From the human T2T-CHM13v2.0 reference genome, Homo sapiens: DNA of 64,000 nt. Location of the stretch: NCBI RefSeq assembly GCF_009914755.1, contig NC_060937.1; one strand, given 5' to 3'. How positions within the stretch are numbered: the stretch's first letter is position 1; each line of letters begins with the position of its first letter. A program made the position numbers and the translations under genes. The notes beneath the pieces were generated by a model, which saw only the letters and a list, made by a program, of their open reading frames with translations, was not told the DNA's origin and made no database searches. Below, one piece after another: positions 44,581-60,137 of the stretch.

Positions 44581-45516
44581 TTTTTTTTAAAAAGAGAACC
44601 ACATCCATATTTTGTGGAACCACAAAAGATCTCAAATAGCAAATAACAAAGCTGGAAGCACCACACTACAAGTCTTCAAAATAGAATATAAAGCTATAAT
44701 AACCAAAATAGCGTGGTTGGCATAAGAACAGACATACAACGTGAGAGACCCTGTTCTAAGTGCTGGGAATACAGCAGTGAACAAACCGACCAAAATTTGT
44801 GCCCTCATAGGGCTTAGAATCTAGTGATCTTAATCACAACATTCTGTTTCCCCTCAAAATATTCTGCTTTAAAAATGTAAAGCCAGATGCAGTGGCACGC
44901 TCCCATAGCAGGGGGCTGAAGCAGGAAGATCACTCCAGCCCAACAGTTCAAGGTTGCCGTGCACTGTGATCACAACTATAGACAGCCACTTACTCCAAGC
45001 AGGGCAAAACAGCAAGACCTTGTTTCAAAGAAAAAAAAAAATGGGGATTGTCAGGCAACATAGGCTGTTATCTTAAAACCCATGAAAGAAACTTCTGTCT
45101 CTCTCGTTCAATATCTAACTCCTAGTTACAATCCAACCCCTGACAACTGGACACAGAGAATGTGACGTCTCCTACAGTAAATGGGGGACTAAGAGTTGTG
45201 GGGAGAAGTTTTTTTACCTTTCAGAGACGATCTGTGAGTATATAAGGTGAGGGGAAGGGAAAATCTGCGGGGGAAATAGGTACAGATAAATCCAAAAGGA
45301 GGCTGTTCCAGGTAAAGCTGATTTACTTAGGGGTAACCTCAAGGCCTTCATTTTGATTTAATTTTGACTTTGAGCCAACTGAAATGTGACACTGTGTACT
45401 GGGATTTTTAAAAACATCCCCTTTATAAATAGAAATACCTGGAGAAGAAGAAATAATTCTTCCTATATTGTCTTTTCCTATATATTAATAGTAGATGGCC
45501 TGCAGAAATCATATCA

Positions 45517-45795
<279 letters not shown>

Positions 45796-48700
45796 TCAGT
45801 GTCGTCTATATTCTTTTGGACAAGCACTCTTTAGGGACCTATCTGCCAGACACTTGTGGGTAAGGGAGAAGGGTAGGAAAGCAACAAGTAGCTAAGAAGA
45901 CTTTCCCTACAGGCGCTTACAATCTATCAACTAAGGCAAATGCAAATCATAGTAATATGTATGCTATAGCAGAAGTGGGCAAAGTTCATTCTCCCATGTA
46001 ATTCAGTAATTATTTACTATGTCCCATCTCTTAAGATTATAAGCTACTTGAAAACAAAAGACATATAATAAATTTTTCTATATATTAATAAACACAGTTT
46101 AAAAGAATATTAAGTAAAGTGTATATTAAAAAGTCAAACTAGGTCAAGATCAAAGGACCTTTTATTTTCTTAATATTTACTTACTAAAATTCTTCATTAA
46201 ACAGTAAAAGATTAGTGTTTTCATATGTTTGTTTTAGCATTCTATAGAATTTCACATGATGCATGTACTTGCTTCCCAGAACCAACTGGTGGTAAGCTAA
46301 GCTTCACTGACTATTGTCAAAGTGACGTACATATATGTATTTTTCTGATCCAAACTCAGAAATACATCAACACCCCCCAACAAAGAGCACAAAAAAGGGA
46401 GGTCTGACATGTAAAAGGACACTCAAAAACCCTATAAACTATTTTCCACATGTCTACCTAAGTTTTAATAAACAAAATAACTATTTGGTTCTTCTAAAAC
46501 TCCTTAAAAATTAAATTCATATAGCTTCATAATTTTTCCTTCAATCTTAAAAATTAAATCCTTAAATTTGACTTTGATCATTTAGATTTATTGTTTAAAA
46601 AGACATAGTAACTTCTATCAATTTTTGGCTGGAAAAACTGTTAATATATAAACTTTATAAGACATTCCTAGAATGGCCAGATCTAAGCTAAAGTCCTATT
46701 TGTGAAAATTATTGCTCTGTTGACAAGACGACTGCAATTTATAACCCTCCAATCACTGAGGCACAAAAAACTTGGTGACAACAGAAAATAATACAGGGAG
46801 AAGCAAAAAGTAATAAAGAGAATTATTATTTCCATTTATTCAGTGGAGATATCAGGACCACAATGAATGGCTAGACATTTTTTCCAGATTGAAGCCAAAA
46901 GTAAGAGATTTTTGATGCTTAGCAAGCTAAAATAATTAAGCTCTTCAGCTACATTTTTTAATGGACCAATATGTTATCTCCACTTTTAACTAGGATGAAA
47001 ACACTAATAATTTCACTAAGATATCTCATTTCCATAAACAGCAAAAACAAACTGGGGGTGGGTGGAGCTGAAGTACAAAATAACTTTTACAATAAAATTA
47101 TTTCTTAGAAATAAACCATAAAGGCAACTTGTAGAAAAGATTCACATTATAGTTCTTTAACCAGTTTATGATTCTAGAAAAAAGAAAATAAATATCAGGC
47201 ATGTATTTATTCCCCCAACAAGTATTTATGAAATCTACTATATGCCATTTACTGGGTATACAAAAATAAAGATAAATAAGATATGATCCTTGTCCCAAAG
47301 TGGTTCAACATCTAAAAAGAAACAATGTAAACAGATAATTACAAAACAATGTAAATAAACAAGTCAACCAAAAGATGACAGAATGAATAGAGAGGGGTAA
47401 ATACCTGTGAGAACCTGAAAAAACTTCATAAGGAAGTAACATGTTACTTATTTCTAAAGAAATAGCCCACATCTGTTTTTTTCCAAGGAGAGAGAACATG
47501 AAAGGAAAGGGGGTGGGGGATATTCTGGGAAGAATAAGCAAAGGTGACCCTAAAAGTTAAAATCACTGAGAAACAGGTAGAATAGGAATTTAATGAAAAC
47601 AAACCTTTTCCCTAACATTAGGGATACAGGATCTACCATCAGAACACCTGCATTCAAGTTGTAGTTGAACATCATTTACTAACTGTATTTTCTTAGATAA
47701 GTCAACCTCTATAACTTTCCATTTCATCTTTCATCTTGAAGTTGTACCAAGTAAGAATTTACTTGGTAAACTACAAAATGCTTTGAAAGTTTTACAGAAT
47801 CCTGATATACTAATACATAAAAGTTAATAATTAGATACTAAAATTTCAAGATCAAAATATTAGCCTAATATTTCATAGTGAATTTATATCAAATATATGA
47901 ATTCAAATGCCAATTTTTTTATGGCCTAAAAAATGTCACAAAAGTAAATACCTTTTAAATATGTAAAAGATATATGTTCCTATTAGGTGCTGTAGCAAAC
48001 ATCTAATTGCCACCACATGATGCATACAATCCATATAATACCAAACAAGCCTACAACGTCCCTCGAATCAACAAGTGACAAAAGTTTAATAAAACTAGCT
48101 TTATGCTTAACTGGTCTCCCCAGTGGCAAATTAAAGCAGCAATTGTACATCTGTGTCTCTGTTCCTCTCATCGTGGTTTAACTGACAGGAAGCACAGAGT
48201 AAGATATGGCACACAAATGTCAAGTATTTCCTGCCTTCTCTGTTACATCTTTATGTCTTGTTTTATAAATAGTCCAATAGTTTGTGTGAAAATATATGAA
48301 AGTACAGTAGCACAAACATATAAATGGTGAAGAGTGTTTATGCAAACAGAGCCAATAAAAAAGTATTTTGGTCTTGGGATCTAAGATTCAATATGCACGC
48401 AAAGACTCATTTATAGTCTTTTGAAGAAGTATTCTTAGGAGCAAACACCACACAAATTAAGATTTGAAAACCACAATGACTGAGTAAAAAACCAAGTGTC
48501 TAAACAACAGAACAGGCCCTCAAACTATTTTACCCAACTGTTTACATAAGTAACACTTGACCACCTTGATATGTGACCCTCCCCCCAACCTCTGCTATAC
48601 CTATCCAAAAAAAAAAAAAAAAAAAACCTACCACAAAAAAAAAACAACCTTTAAGCAACTGACTATCAACAAAGCAGGACTGATAACTTGCATCTTTGAT

Positions 48701-50947
48701 CTTTGGTCATTTTTACCATGGCTTCTTATCAGCACTCTCCTGTACTACAATTTATATCCCCCAACCAAACTATCTCTACTCCCTTCTCACTTCCTGTATA
48801 TCCCAAACTTGGCTCATGTTATTTACTCCTATATATTCAACTATATACAACCAAATAGAACTCTGTTCTCCATAGGTGAATCCTGCCTGCTTCAAGTCAT
48901 GTTAACCAACCTTCCAGTTAATTATAACTAAGGTGTGCTCACCTTTCACCATGCCAAGCTGCCTCCCAAACTAATAATCAATCCTTAAGAATGAATTCAA
49001 TTCATTACTCATATGATTCATATTCTGTATCATAAACTTGGGCAAAATGCAGCTATCTTATCCATTCATATTGGTCAATATTTACCTAGGCTATAATAAG
49101 CATAAGTTGCCACAATTACAATTCCACCAGAGTTTAGTGCTATTCCATTCTAGGTCAATGTCCAAAACCACTCTTCATATTTTACTTCACAGAAGTCCAT
49201 CTTCAGCTTCCTGTGACCTCTCTTTCCTAAAGAGAACTTAACATATACCTAATAATCAGCTGTAAGCATGGTAGTAGGCTCCTGAAGTAACATTTCTTAA
49301 ATGAATGGCTTTGAAAAACGATTTCATTTTTACCCAGTATTTTTCAACCAGAAGGATCTTGCTCATTCTTTATAGGAGTCTAAGAATTATTAGTGCCTTC
49401 CTAGCATATCTTTAGTATATCTCTGCTCTCACTTGTAAATGTATTGGCTAAATTGTCCCCAATATCTAGGGAATAAGGAGTTAAGTGTTCCCCAAACCAT
49501 GAAGGAAGAATGAAGGAAGAAGAACATCACCCATTTCCTTACACATTAGCTCCCCTCCCCTATCCTCTGGCTCTGATGCTTAGTGAAATAACCCTAACTG
49601 GGGGGCAGGATGGGGAGTGAGTTGGGGAGTCTCAGAGCAGCTGCAGAGAACCTAGTGTCCATCACCTACCCAACAATCAAACACAGTTAACGATGTGTAA
49701 CTGTTCTGTTCTACCAAGGGCAGATAAGTATTACATCTTCCTTTCAGTTTATTCTTAAGACTAACAGGTTGTAAATTATCCTATAACAATATGCAAGTTT
49801 TTCTCTGATCTACAGATCAAAGGATCAGGCACGATGTCTAGTTTGCAACGTTCATACCATGAAAACATTTTGAATAAAATAATTTACACAATATACCTTA
49901 TGTCTAAATACAAACTTTTTAAGTTGCCCTTCAAACTAAAACACATGTAACATTAATTCGAATTAATTATTCAAACTTAAATCTAAAATCTTAATGGTAT
50001 TTTTCCTTATAATTTAGTACATACGTACATTTTGTATAGTATATTTTAAAACTTTATGTACATAGCATGCTGTATATATTCTTCCAGCATACTTTACCCA
50101 AGTTTATCTAAAACATAAAATTTTGAATAAACACAATGGCTATTTGGAAAGGAACTTTAAACATCAAACCCTCCTTAGAACTTGGTGCTTAGGAAAATAT
50201 TAAACCTTACTCAAGACAAGTCATGATTATTATTAGGCTTCCACTATAACAGAGAAATATCTCGGATGCACAAAGCATCCTATCTTCAATGATGCCGCTC
50301 ACAAAAAGTGTTCCTCCCTGCTGCAGAGTACAGATAATACACCTCAGAAACGCCCTGTGTGGAGGTCTTAGCAGGAAGCCCAAGGGGCTCAACTCAACAG
50401 TATCCTTCTAACCTGCTTATAACTCATTTCTTTAATTCAGTCTGAAGTTAAATAATATGCAGCAACTGAAAGCTCTTTCAATTAAGAAGAACACAACGGG
50501 AAAATGTAAATCAGAAAATGCCTAAATATAAATTGAGTCTACTGGAGGAACTTCATTTGAAGGCACATTCCACATATTATTATTAAGTATCAAAAAATGA
50601 TTGATACCACTGCCAATTCCTTTTGCTGTAAAAATAAGGTTGCTATACAAACATCCCTTAGCCTACTGGAGAAGCCAGTAACTGCCACCTCCTGCTATTC
50701 AACTTCCCTTTTCTTAATCACAAAGGCATCAACTAAATGGAAGCACTGAGACTCAGAACCAACGCCTTCACTTTCTTTGACGAATGTTGATTTCCTCATT
50801 AGAGAGGTGCCAAAAACAGAAAAATACTGTGTTATAAGCTTGTATTTAACATAAACTTTAATAAAAGTATATTTCTTCCATATAACATTTATTTAATCAA
50901 CCCCTAATTTTTAGACATTTGTATTATTTCTAATGCTGCATTATTCA

Positions 50948-52472
50948 CAGTGATTCACAAAATGTAATCCTCAGACCCACAAAGGATCCAGAGACCCTTT
51001 CAGGGGGCTCCTGAGATCACAACTCTTTTCATAATAATGGCAAGGTATTATTTGGCTTTTCCACTGTGTTGACACTTGCCCTGATGATGCAAAAGCAAAG
51101 CAGGATGAAACTGCGAGTGCCTCTGCCCTGACCAAGGCTGCACCCTCAAGCCATGAGTCTACTCCTTACCACTGGGCACTCACATTTTAAAAAGGCGACT
51201 TCACTTAAGAATGTCTTTGAAGAAGAGTAAAAACTATTTTCTTGAATCTCAACCATTAAATACATATGTTTTTAATATTCTGAGTGATAAAATTGGAGGT
51301 ACAAATAAAGTACTACTTCTGGCATAAACAGAAATAGCATTGTTGTCTTGAGAAAAAGCATTTATGCTATTATTCTTCGACCTGTGAGCCAAACTAGCTG
51401 CTGCTTTCATGAAATGTAATTTTTACTTAAAAGAACTAATTATTATTCAGAATTGGATATCTGGCAGAAATTTTTCCAAAAATTAATAAAGCATGCCCAT
51501 CACTTCAAGGAAAACAACTAACAGCAATTGTCACCAATTATAAAATGCAAGCTTTCAACTGAAAATCAGAATTTTGGAAAACTTGTATGTATCTACCGCT
51601 TTGACTCTGTTGGCTTCTCAATACACTTAAAAGGCTTTTCTGATGAGACTGGTGTGATTTTGATACTATGTCAACATTTGCAATACCCAAATGACTCACG
51701 CATGATGTTACAAAATCTTGCTTAGGTTAAAAAAAAAAAAATCAATCCATTCAAAGTACAAGACAGACCTATGGATTTTAATGTTACAGGGGACAAAAAG
51801 TTCATTCATAGGTTTTCAGAATCTCATTGTTCTAACTTTTAAAAAACTAGCATTTGTTGATGAGCTTTGGTGTAGTATCAAAGAATATCCACAATTATCT
51901 GAAGTGGCCATTAAAATACATCTACTTTTTGTGACTAGACATCTGTGTGAGGCTGAATTTTCTTCATATTCTTCAACAAAAGCAACATATTCCAACAGAT
52001 TTCATGCAAAAGCAAATATGAGAATATAGCTGTCTTCTGTGAAGTCAAAGCTAAAAGATTTACACTCTTCTCAGTACAGCTTTTGTTTTGGGAAACATAT
52101 TTGTCTTTTTTGCACTTTTTTTTTTAAAAAAAACAGGGTCCTGCTATGTTGCCTGGGTTGGACTTGAACTCCTGGGCTCAAGCAATCCTCCTGCCTCAGG
52201 TTCTCAAGTAGCTGGACTATAGGCTTGGGTCACCATACCTGGCTCAAACTTGTCCTTTATAAAAATAATTATGTTAAAATGTAATGGGCGTATTATTTTT
52301 AAATAAATATATTAATATTTTTCAAGTTTGTTTTAATTTCTAACATTGGTTAATATTGGTAAATGTAACCCACATGAACCAAAGCTCTTTGGGAGCCTCA
52401 ATTTTAATAGTATAAAGACGATGCAAAGATCATAAAGCTTGAAAAAAAAAAGTATAAGGTTTGAGAACTGCT
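50948..52472 (+). mobile_element. Charlie1-type hAT DNA transposon with decayed transposase remnant (Alu monomer inserted at about 52115-52244)
   Basis: Termini cagtgattcacaaaatgt... and ...aaggtttgagaactgct. ORF 51718-52029 contains LWCSIKEYPQLSEVAIKIHLLFVTRHLCEAEFSSY, a degenerate hAT C-terminal dimerisation domain. Confidence 0.85.
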
Positions 52473-53279
52473 ACACAATCACAACGAACGATTCAAATAT
52501 CCTTACAACTGAATCTTTGGTCCCATCCTTAAATTTTCTTTAGGATACCTACACCAAGAACTGAAAGGCACATAGACTTTCAAAGCATTTGATATCATAA
52601 TGCCAACTGCCCTGCAGAAGATTTTTTCAGTTTATACTGTTAGCAACAGAATACCTGCATGGACATTTAACATCATTTGCAACAACCCACAATGCTTGAA
52701 CTACTGCCAATATGATGGATAAAAACACAGGGGGGCTATTTGACTTTAATTTGCATTCCTTTGCTAGAAAGTTTAATATATTTTAATTTTAAATGTAATA
52801 CTTTAATATACTTCCCAATTTTAAAGAATTGGTTATTCTTCGTGGAAAGGGCTAGGAGACACAAGTAAATAAATGGTAAAGGTGACAGTCTATGATTTTT
52901 CTCATTGGGAAAAAAAACTTCGAATTAATGTTTTTACTCTAGTTCTGGTTTAGAAAGCTTGCATTTTTTTAAACTTCAATTTAATAATGTAAAACTCTAA
53001 GAATGATATTTAAATTACTAGTTGCAATAGTGCAGCAGTTCTCAAACTTTTTGGTGTCAAGATCCCTTTATATTCTTAAAATGTATTGAGGACCACAAAG
53101 AGCCTTTGTTTTCCTAGGTCATATTTATCAATATATGTTTTTTACTTACAGGATATTATTACTTATTATATGCCCTTTAAAGGAGTCTTTTCTCAGAATA
53201 GCATATTGAAAAAAAAAAAACTCCCTGGGATTTTTTTTTTCCTTGATTAAAAATAATGCTGTTAAATATACATGCTTTG

Positions 53280-53605
53280 GGCCAAGCATGGTGGCTCATG
53301 CCTGTAATCCCAATATTTTGGGAGGCCAAGATAAGAGGATCGATTGAGCCCAGGAGTTTAAGACCAGCCTGGACAACATAGCCAGACCGCATACCCACCA
53401 ATAAAAAAATAAAATAAAAAAGAAAGAAAGAAAGGAAAAAAAAAAAAACACAGAAAAGAAATTTGCACGTCATAGTGGTATGCACTTGTAATTCTACATG
53501 GGAGGCTGAGGTGGAGGATTGCTTGAGCCCAGGAGTTTGAGGCTGCAGCAAGCTATGATTGTACCACTGTACTCTAGCCTAGGCGAGAGGGCTACACCCC
53601 TATCT
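53280..53605 (+). mobile_element. Alu (AluJ-like) with expanded A-rich linker
   Basis: Two Alu arms separated by a long A/G-rich tract. Confidence 0.85.
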
Positions 53606-54606
53606 CCCCCCCACCCCCCCAAAAAAATACATATAGGTATGAGGTGTATGTGTGTGTGTGTGTGTGCACACTTTCCTTGCCTTAGATCACATGTAGCACA
53701 TCGAAAACCAATCTAGTTTATCTATGTTTCTCTAATCTTTATATAATTATAATACATTTTAAATGGAGGTTAATTAGTAAAATATATGCATATAATTTAT
53801 GAATAGTTTTTATTTTTTGTTCATTGCTATATCCCAACATCAAGAATAATATGTAACAGGCAATAATTGCTGAATGAATCAATAATAATATAGATCAAAA
53901 GGTATATAATAAAAATTTAAGAGACCTCTAATTACATGACTTTATAGGAACCCTCAGACAATGAAATCTTATGACTTCTATTTCCATTTGTTCTTTGTCC
54001 ATGCCACTGCTTATACATACACTATGGGAAGTATTTCAGGAAAGAGAGCCAAGGGATGATGAAAGTAAAAACCTGGGTTAAGATCTATGTTTTCACTTTC
54101 TATAGCAGTTTCCACATTTACATTGTTAAATTTTGAAAGCTTTACCTGAAGAATGTATATCTAGTTTATAATGACAACAACAAAAATCACTAAAGATTCA
54201 GAAATTGCTACCATTACAGTAAGAATTCTAAGGAAGCTACATGAAACACTGATCAGGAAGCAAGATGAAACACTGAATATACCAGTAAATCTGGTTAGAT
54301 TCAACAATCTATTAGCTACTTAAAAGTTCATGGATGTTAATACTATACTAATTATTTTATGAATGTTTTTGTTTTGAAATGTGTTTTTGAGAAGTATTTG
54401 AATGTGGGATAATTCTGAAGATGAAACCTAACTAAATTACTTCTAGGTAACTAAAGCTCCAATTTGTTAATGGATCTCAACTGGAAATTACTATTTATTC
54501 ATCTAGAAGTATGCCTAGATCTTCTTAGTTATTTGGGACAGACACACAGTCTTATAACACTTACATCTGAATCTACCCAATCCCTCTTGCTGAAATAGGC
54601 AGTTAA

Positions 54607-56006
<1,400 letters not shown>

Positions 56007-56479
56007 CTTGTCAACTATTCTAAAATTGGTATCTTCTCTGTTATATATTTTTATAACTTTACTACATATACATCAAGATAGTAGGATTGCTTTTATATGC
56101 ATAATTGGGAACATGTATTTATTAAAATTTATTTTTTATTCAAAATTATGTTTGAAATAACTCTAGTTAACAAATGACAAGCATACTGAATTGTTTCAGG
56201 GGTCAAATATATTGTTGTCTACAGCTTACCCTGAAATGCATCAACTGTCCATCTGTTTAGGGTCCTGGAGGATTTTACACCCCAGGGCAATATACCATAG
56301 AAAGATTCTGAATGGGTTAGAAGTCATCATCGGCAGATATCTGATCCTAGGAAAGATAATGAAGAACTCTAAATTACATTAAACTATCTATACTCTGCAA
56401 AGCCTTCACATCCCTCAATGTGAAGATACTGCTCTACAGAACTTCTACATTTATGTCCCGGGGAACCATGTACAAGTGT

Positions 56480-56920
56480 TCCCAAGCTCAAAATAATCTA
56501 ATGCCATCAACAAGAGAGAATAAATACATTCTGGTACAGACAAACAATGGAATACTATATTGCAACGAAAAGTAACATAAGTCACAAAGCTGAATGAAAG
56601 AAGCAAAGTCACTACAGAATATATGGTGTGATTCATGTGTATAAAGTTCAAAGAGGTAAAACTATAAAGAAAAGATTATCGCAAAAGTCAGCATAGTAGT
56701 TATTTTTTAAAGGAAACAAACATGAATAGGAGTGGGGGCCTTCTAGGGTAATAGACATACTCTATATTTCTTAACATGGGTTGTTTCTCAAGATACTTAT
56801 AAATATGAGGCAAAACTGTTTAAATAAAATACAAAATATTTACCCATGTTGTAACACTTTATAATTTTATTTAAACTCTATGTTTTATATATATTTTCCT
56901 ACATGCACATTTCATTTTTA
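56480..56920 (+). mobile_element. Old L1ME-type 3' end
   Basis: acaatggaatactatattgcaa, gaatgaaagaagcaaagtc, tatatggtgtgattcatgtgtataaagttcaaa. Confidence 0.6.
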
Positions 56921-59784
56921 AAGAAAAAATAATGAATTGCCCCATTACAATACTAAACTTCCATTTAGTATTTTGATATAAAAAATAAGATGTACATAAA
57001 TTGTTACACTTCATTTTAATAGTTTTATTATAAAATTTTATAGTTTTACTATTTATGGGATTGTTTTCTAAACCCAGAAACTAATTTTCTTTAATTATAT
57101 TTATATTTTTAAAATTGTACCATGTAACAGCCCAGACATAATGATCACTATATGACTGGGCATCTATCACGTAGATACTGCAGCATGTAAAGTCATACTG
57201 GTGCCTGCTACTTTGAAGAGCTTCTAATATATAGAGTAGAACACAGGACGAGGACAAATCACATGAAAACACAAACTTAAAAAATAAAAACAACTTCTCT
57301 AAGTGGTTACCTTTGGACAGCAGGACTGAGAGTCAGAAGGGGCAGAGGAGGAAGGCTCCTTTTCATTATAGACCTATGAATTAAATTTTGAATGGTGTGC
57401 ATATATCACTTTGATAGCTTTTAATATAAAAATTGTTAAACCAATCTTCATACAAACTATAGAAGGCAAGAGGGCTCTGACAATGAGGATGATGTTAATA
57501 CCTGGAAGAGAAGGAATCAAAACATTTCTGCATAGAAATTTGTATATCCAAAGCTCAGCTGCATAATTTCTCCCTCTCTGTCAACAAAGCAAATAGCACA
57601 CAATGAGTTATTTTCCTCATATAATAACTTAAGGTGCTTAGAACCATGACCAGAAAAGACATTTGTAGTACTGCTCAACAGCCACTTTTATTATAGTATA
57701 CAGCTCATTTGACAAGACACAAAAAACTCTTTTGTAGGTTCTCCATACTAATGGAAGGAAGATTGTTCAGATAGTTGGAAACTGTCCTAATCATTGGAGT
57801 TGACTCAATAATGGTACTAACTTAATTTCAACCATTTATATGAAGCAGCTCCTAAGTAAAGGAGCAAAATAGTCTGGCTAATTTATGGAAGCAATGATTA
57901 TCTTCAAACAATTCAAATGAGGGGAATTTTCTTCTCATTTATCCAAGTCAGTGAATACCTAACAATGTCCCATTAGATGAGATGTAATGTTAGGCAAAAC
58001 CTACAAATATGCAATCAAAGATGCAGTTAAATATCTGAAGAAGCTTCAAAAATCATATCCAAGCATTACAGGGTTAAAAAAAAAGTTACTTCCTCCCAGA
58101 CTCAAACAAGTACATACTATTGTGCTAGTCTTTAAGTCACCCCTGCCCTCCCCCCAAAAAAAGAAAGAAAACAAAAATATTACAAATAATAATAGTGTAT
58201 TTCTCAAGAGAGAAGAGCTTTCAAAAGGCTGTAAATGCCACCCTAAATCAGTAAGGGGGTGTTTTTCCTAAAGCCCCAGGAGTAAGAGTATGGAGAGGGA
58301 AACCAAGAAGCAACAATTGGAACCAAAACAACTAACACTGGAAGAGTTCACTGAGAAATAAAAAATAGGTTAATTACATTAAAAAACAAAGATTATTTAT
58401 TATGGCCAATATGGCAGTAGGTTTCGGGGGTGGATCAGAGAAAAGGAAAGACGGATAGCCACATAGTTGAACAACATATAGCACAGCAAAAAAAAACAGA
58501 CTAGAGAAAGGGATAACTGGGATGGGAAAGGAGCCCAAATGGGTTCTAATACTGATAATAAAGTACTCTAGTTGCTTTCCTTCCTTACTAGAGGCTATGG
58601 GCTTCAAAATAGCATTGCTGCCTAAAACTTCAAATATTTAAAGGCAAAATAGCTAATTCCTCTTCATAGCCTTAAACCTGTAAACTCTCTTTCTGAAAAT
58701 GTGGCATATAAGCACCTATGTCATAATCATTTAGGGTACACAGTAAAAAATGCTGATTGTTTAAGCAAATCCTACGCCTAATGAATCAGAATTTCTGAGT
58801 TAAAACTGGGTGATTCTTTGTTACACCAAAGGTTGACAATTACAGCTTTAAAGGTAATACTATCATAGTATTACCTACAACATGCAGACACCAGTCAGAG
58901 ATTAAGCTGAGGGCCACATGCTTTTTAAAGATGTGCCATCTTTAACTTCAGCAAGATGGCCAACTGAATTTGTCACGTAAGATGGCAAAAAAGAGTAGCC
59001 AAAGGTTTAATACAACAAATAATACCTGTCTACTCATATGTGCTTGGTACTTTGTCAAAGGTTGAAAAAGACAGAAAAACAGAATAAAACCTTTCTCCTC
59101 TCAAACAGCGTATATTCTTATTCTTATTGACGAAGACACTCTTCTTAACATAGGTAAATGCTATTCAACGTTCAGCATTCATCATTCCTTCAAGATAAAC
59201 TCTCCTGAGTATTCTTTCAGTCATCTTTTATCTCTAGGCAATCTGAATCTGAATTTACCTAGTCAGTGGTTGGTTCTGTTCTTTACTTCACTTGTTAACA
59301 AGCCCTGTTTTCCCAACAGGAATTTAAGTTTATGAAGATAAAGCCCATGTTCCTAGCCTTTTGTGCTTTTTGTTTTTTAGGACAATGATGGCCACACTGT
59401 GGACGATTTCGCACCGAATTGAGTTAGGGCACTCAGAAATTTAGGAGATTCAGCAGTTATGCATAAACCATTAAAAATCTGAATTTCAGACCTAGAGAAT
59501 TTCCAACCACCCCAATAAAACACACCAAAAAGTTAACAGACAAAAGATTTTGTATATACCAAACAATTCTCTTATTTCAAAGGAGGAGGAGAAGATGTGA
59601 CAAAGATAAATAAAATGAGATTACTATCTTATAATAAGGTCAAATTTAAGATAAGTGTAATGTTAAAGCTTAGACACCTCTGGATTTTGTAAAGTCACAT
59701 GCAAAGTTTTACACATACACATACTTTAGTATAACAAGGTATCACATTAAACAATATTTGCCCTCCTAAAAGAATATGAGGCAA

Positions 59785-60098
<314 letters not shown>

Positions 60099-60134
<36 letters not shown>
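60099..60134. repeat. (AT)n microsatellite, about 18 units, at the end of the Alu tail
   Basis: Perfect atatat... run read directly. Confidence 0.95.

Positions 60135-60137
<3 letters not shown>

Noticed and set aside
49598-49630. G-rich stretch as a G-quadruplex
   Set aside because: Only three runs of three or more G; does not meet the canonical four-run pattern.
51718-52029. hAT dimerisation-domain ORF as a domesticated transposase
   Set aside because: Short, degenerate, surrounded by stops and frameshifts in a Charlie1 fossil; no intact catalytic region.
54231-54276. Short tandem duplication aggaagc...atgaaacactga x2
   Set aside because: Ordinary slippage-type duplication with nothing further to support function.
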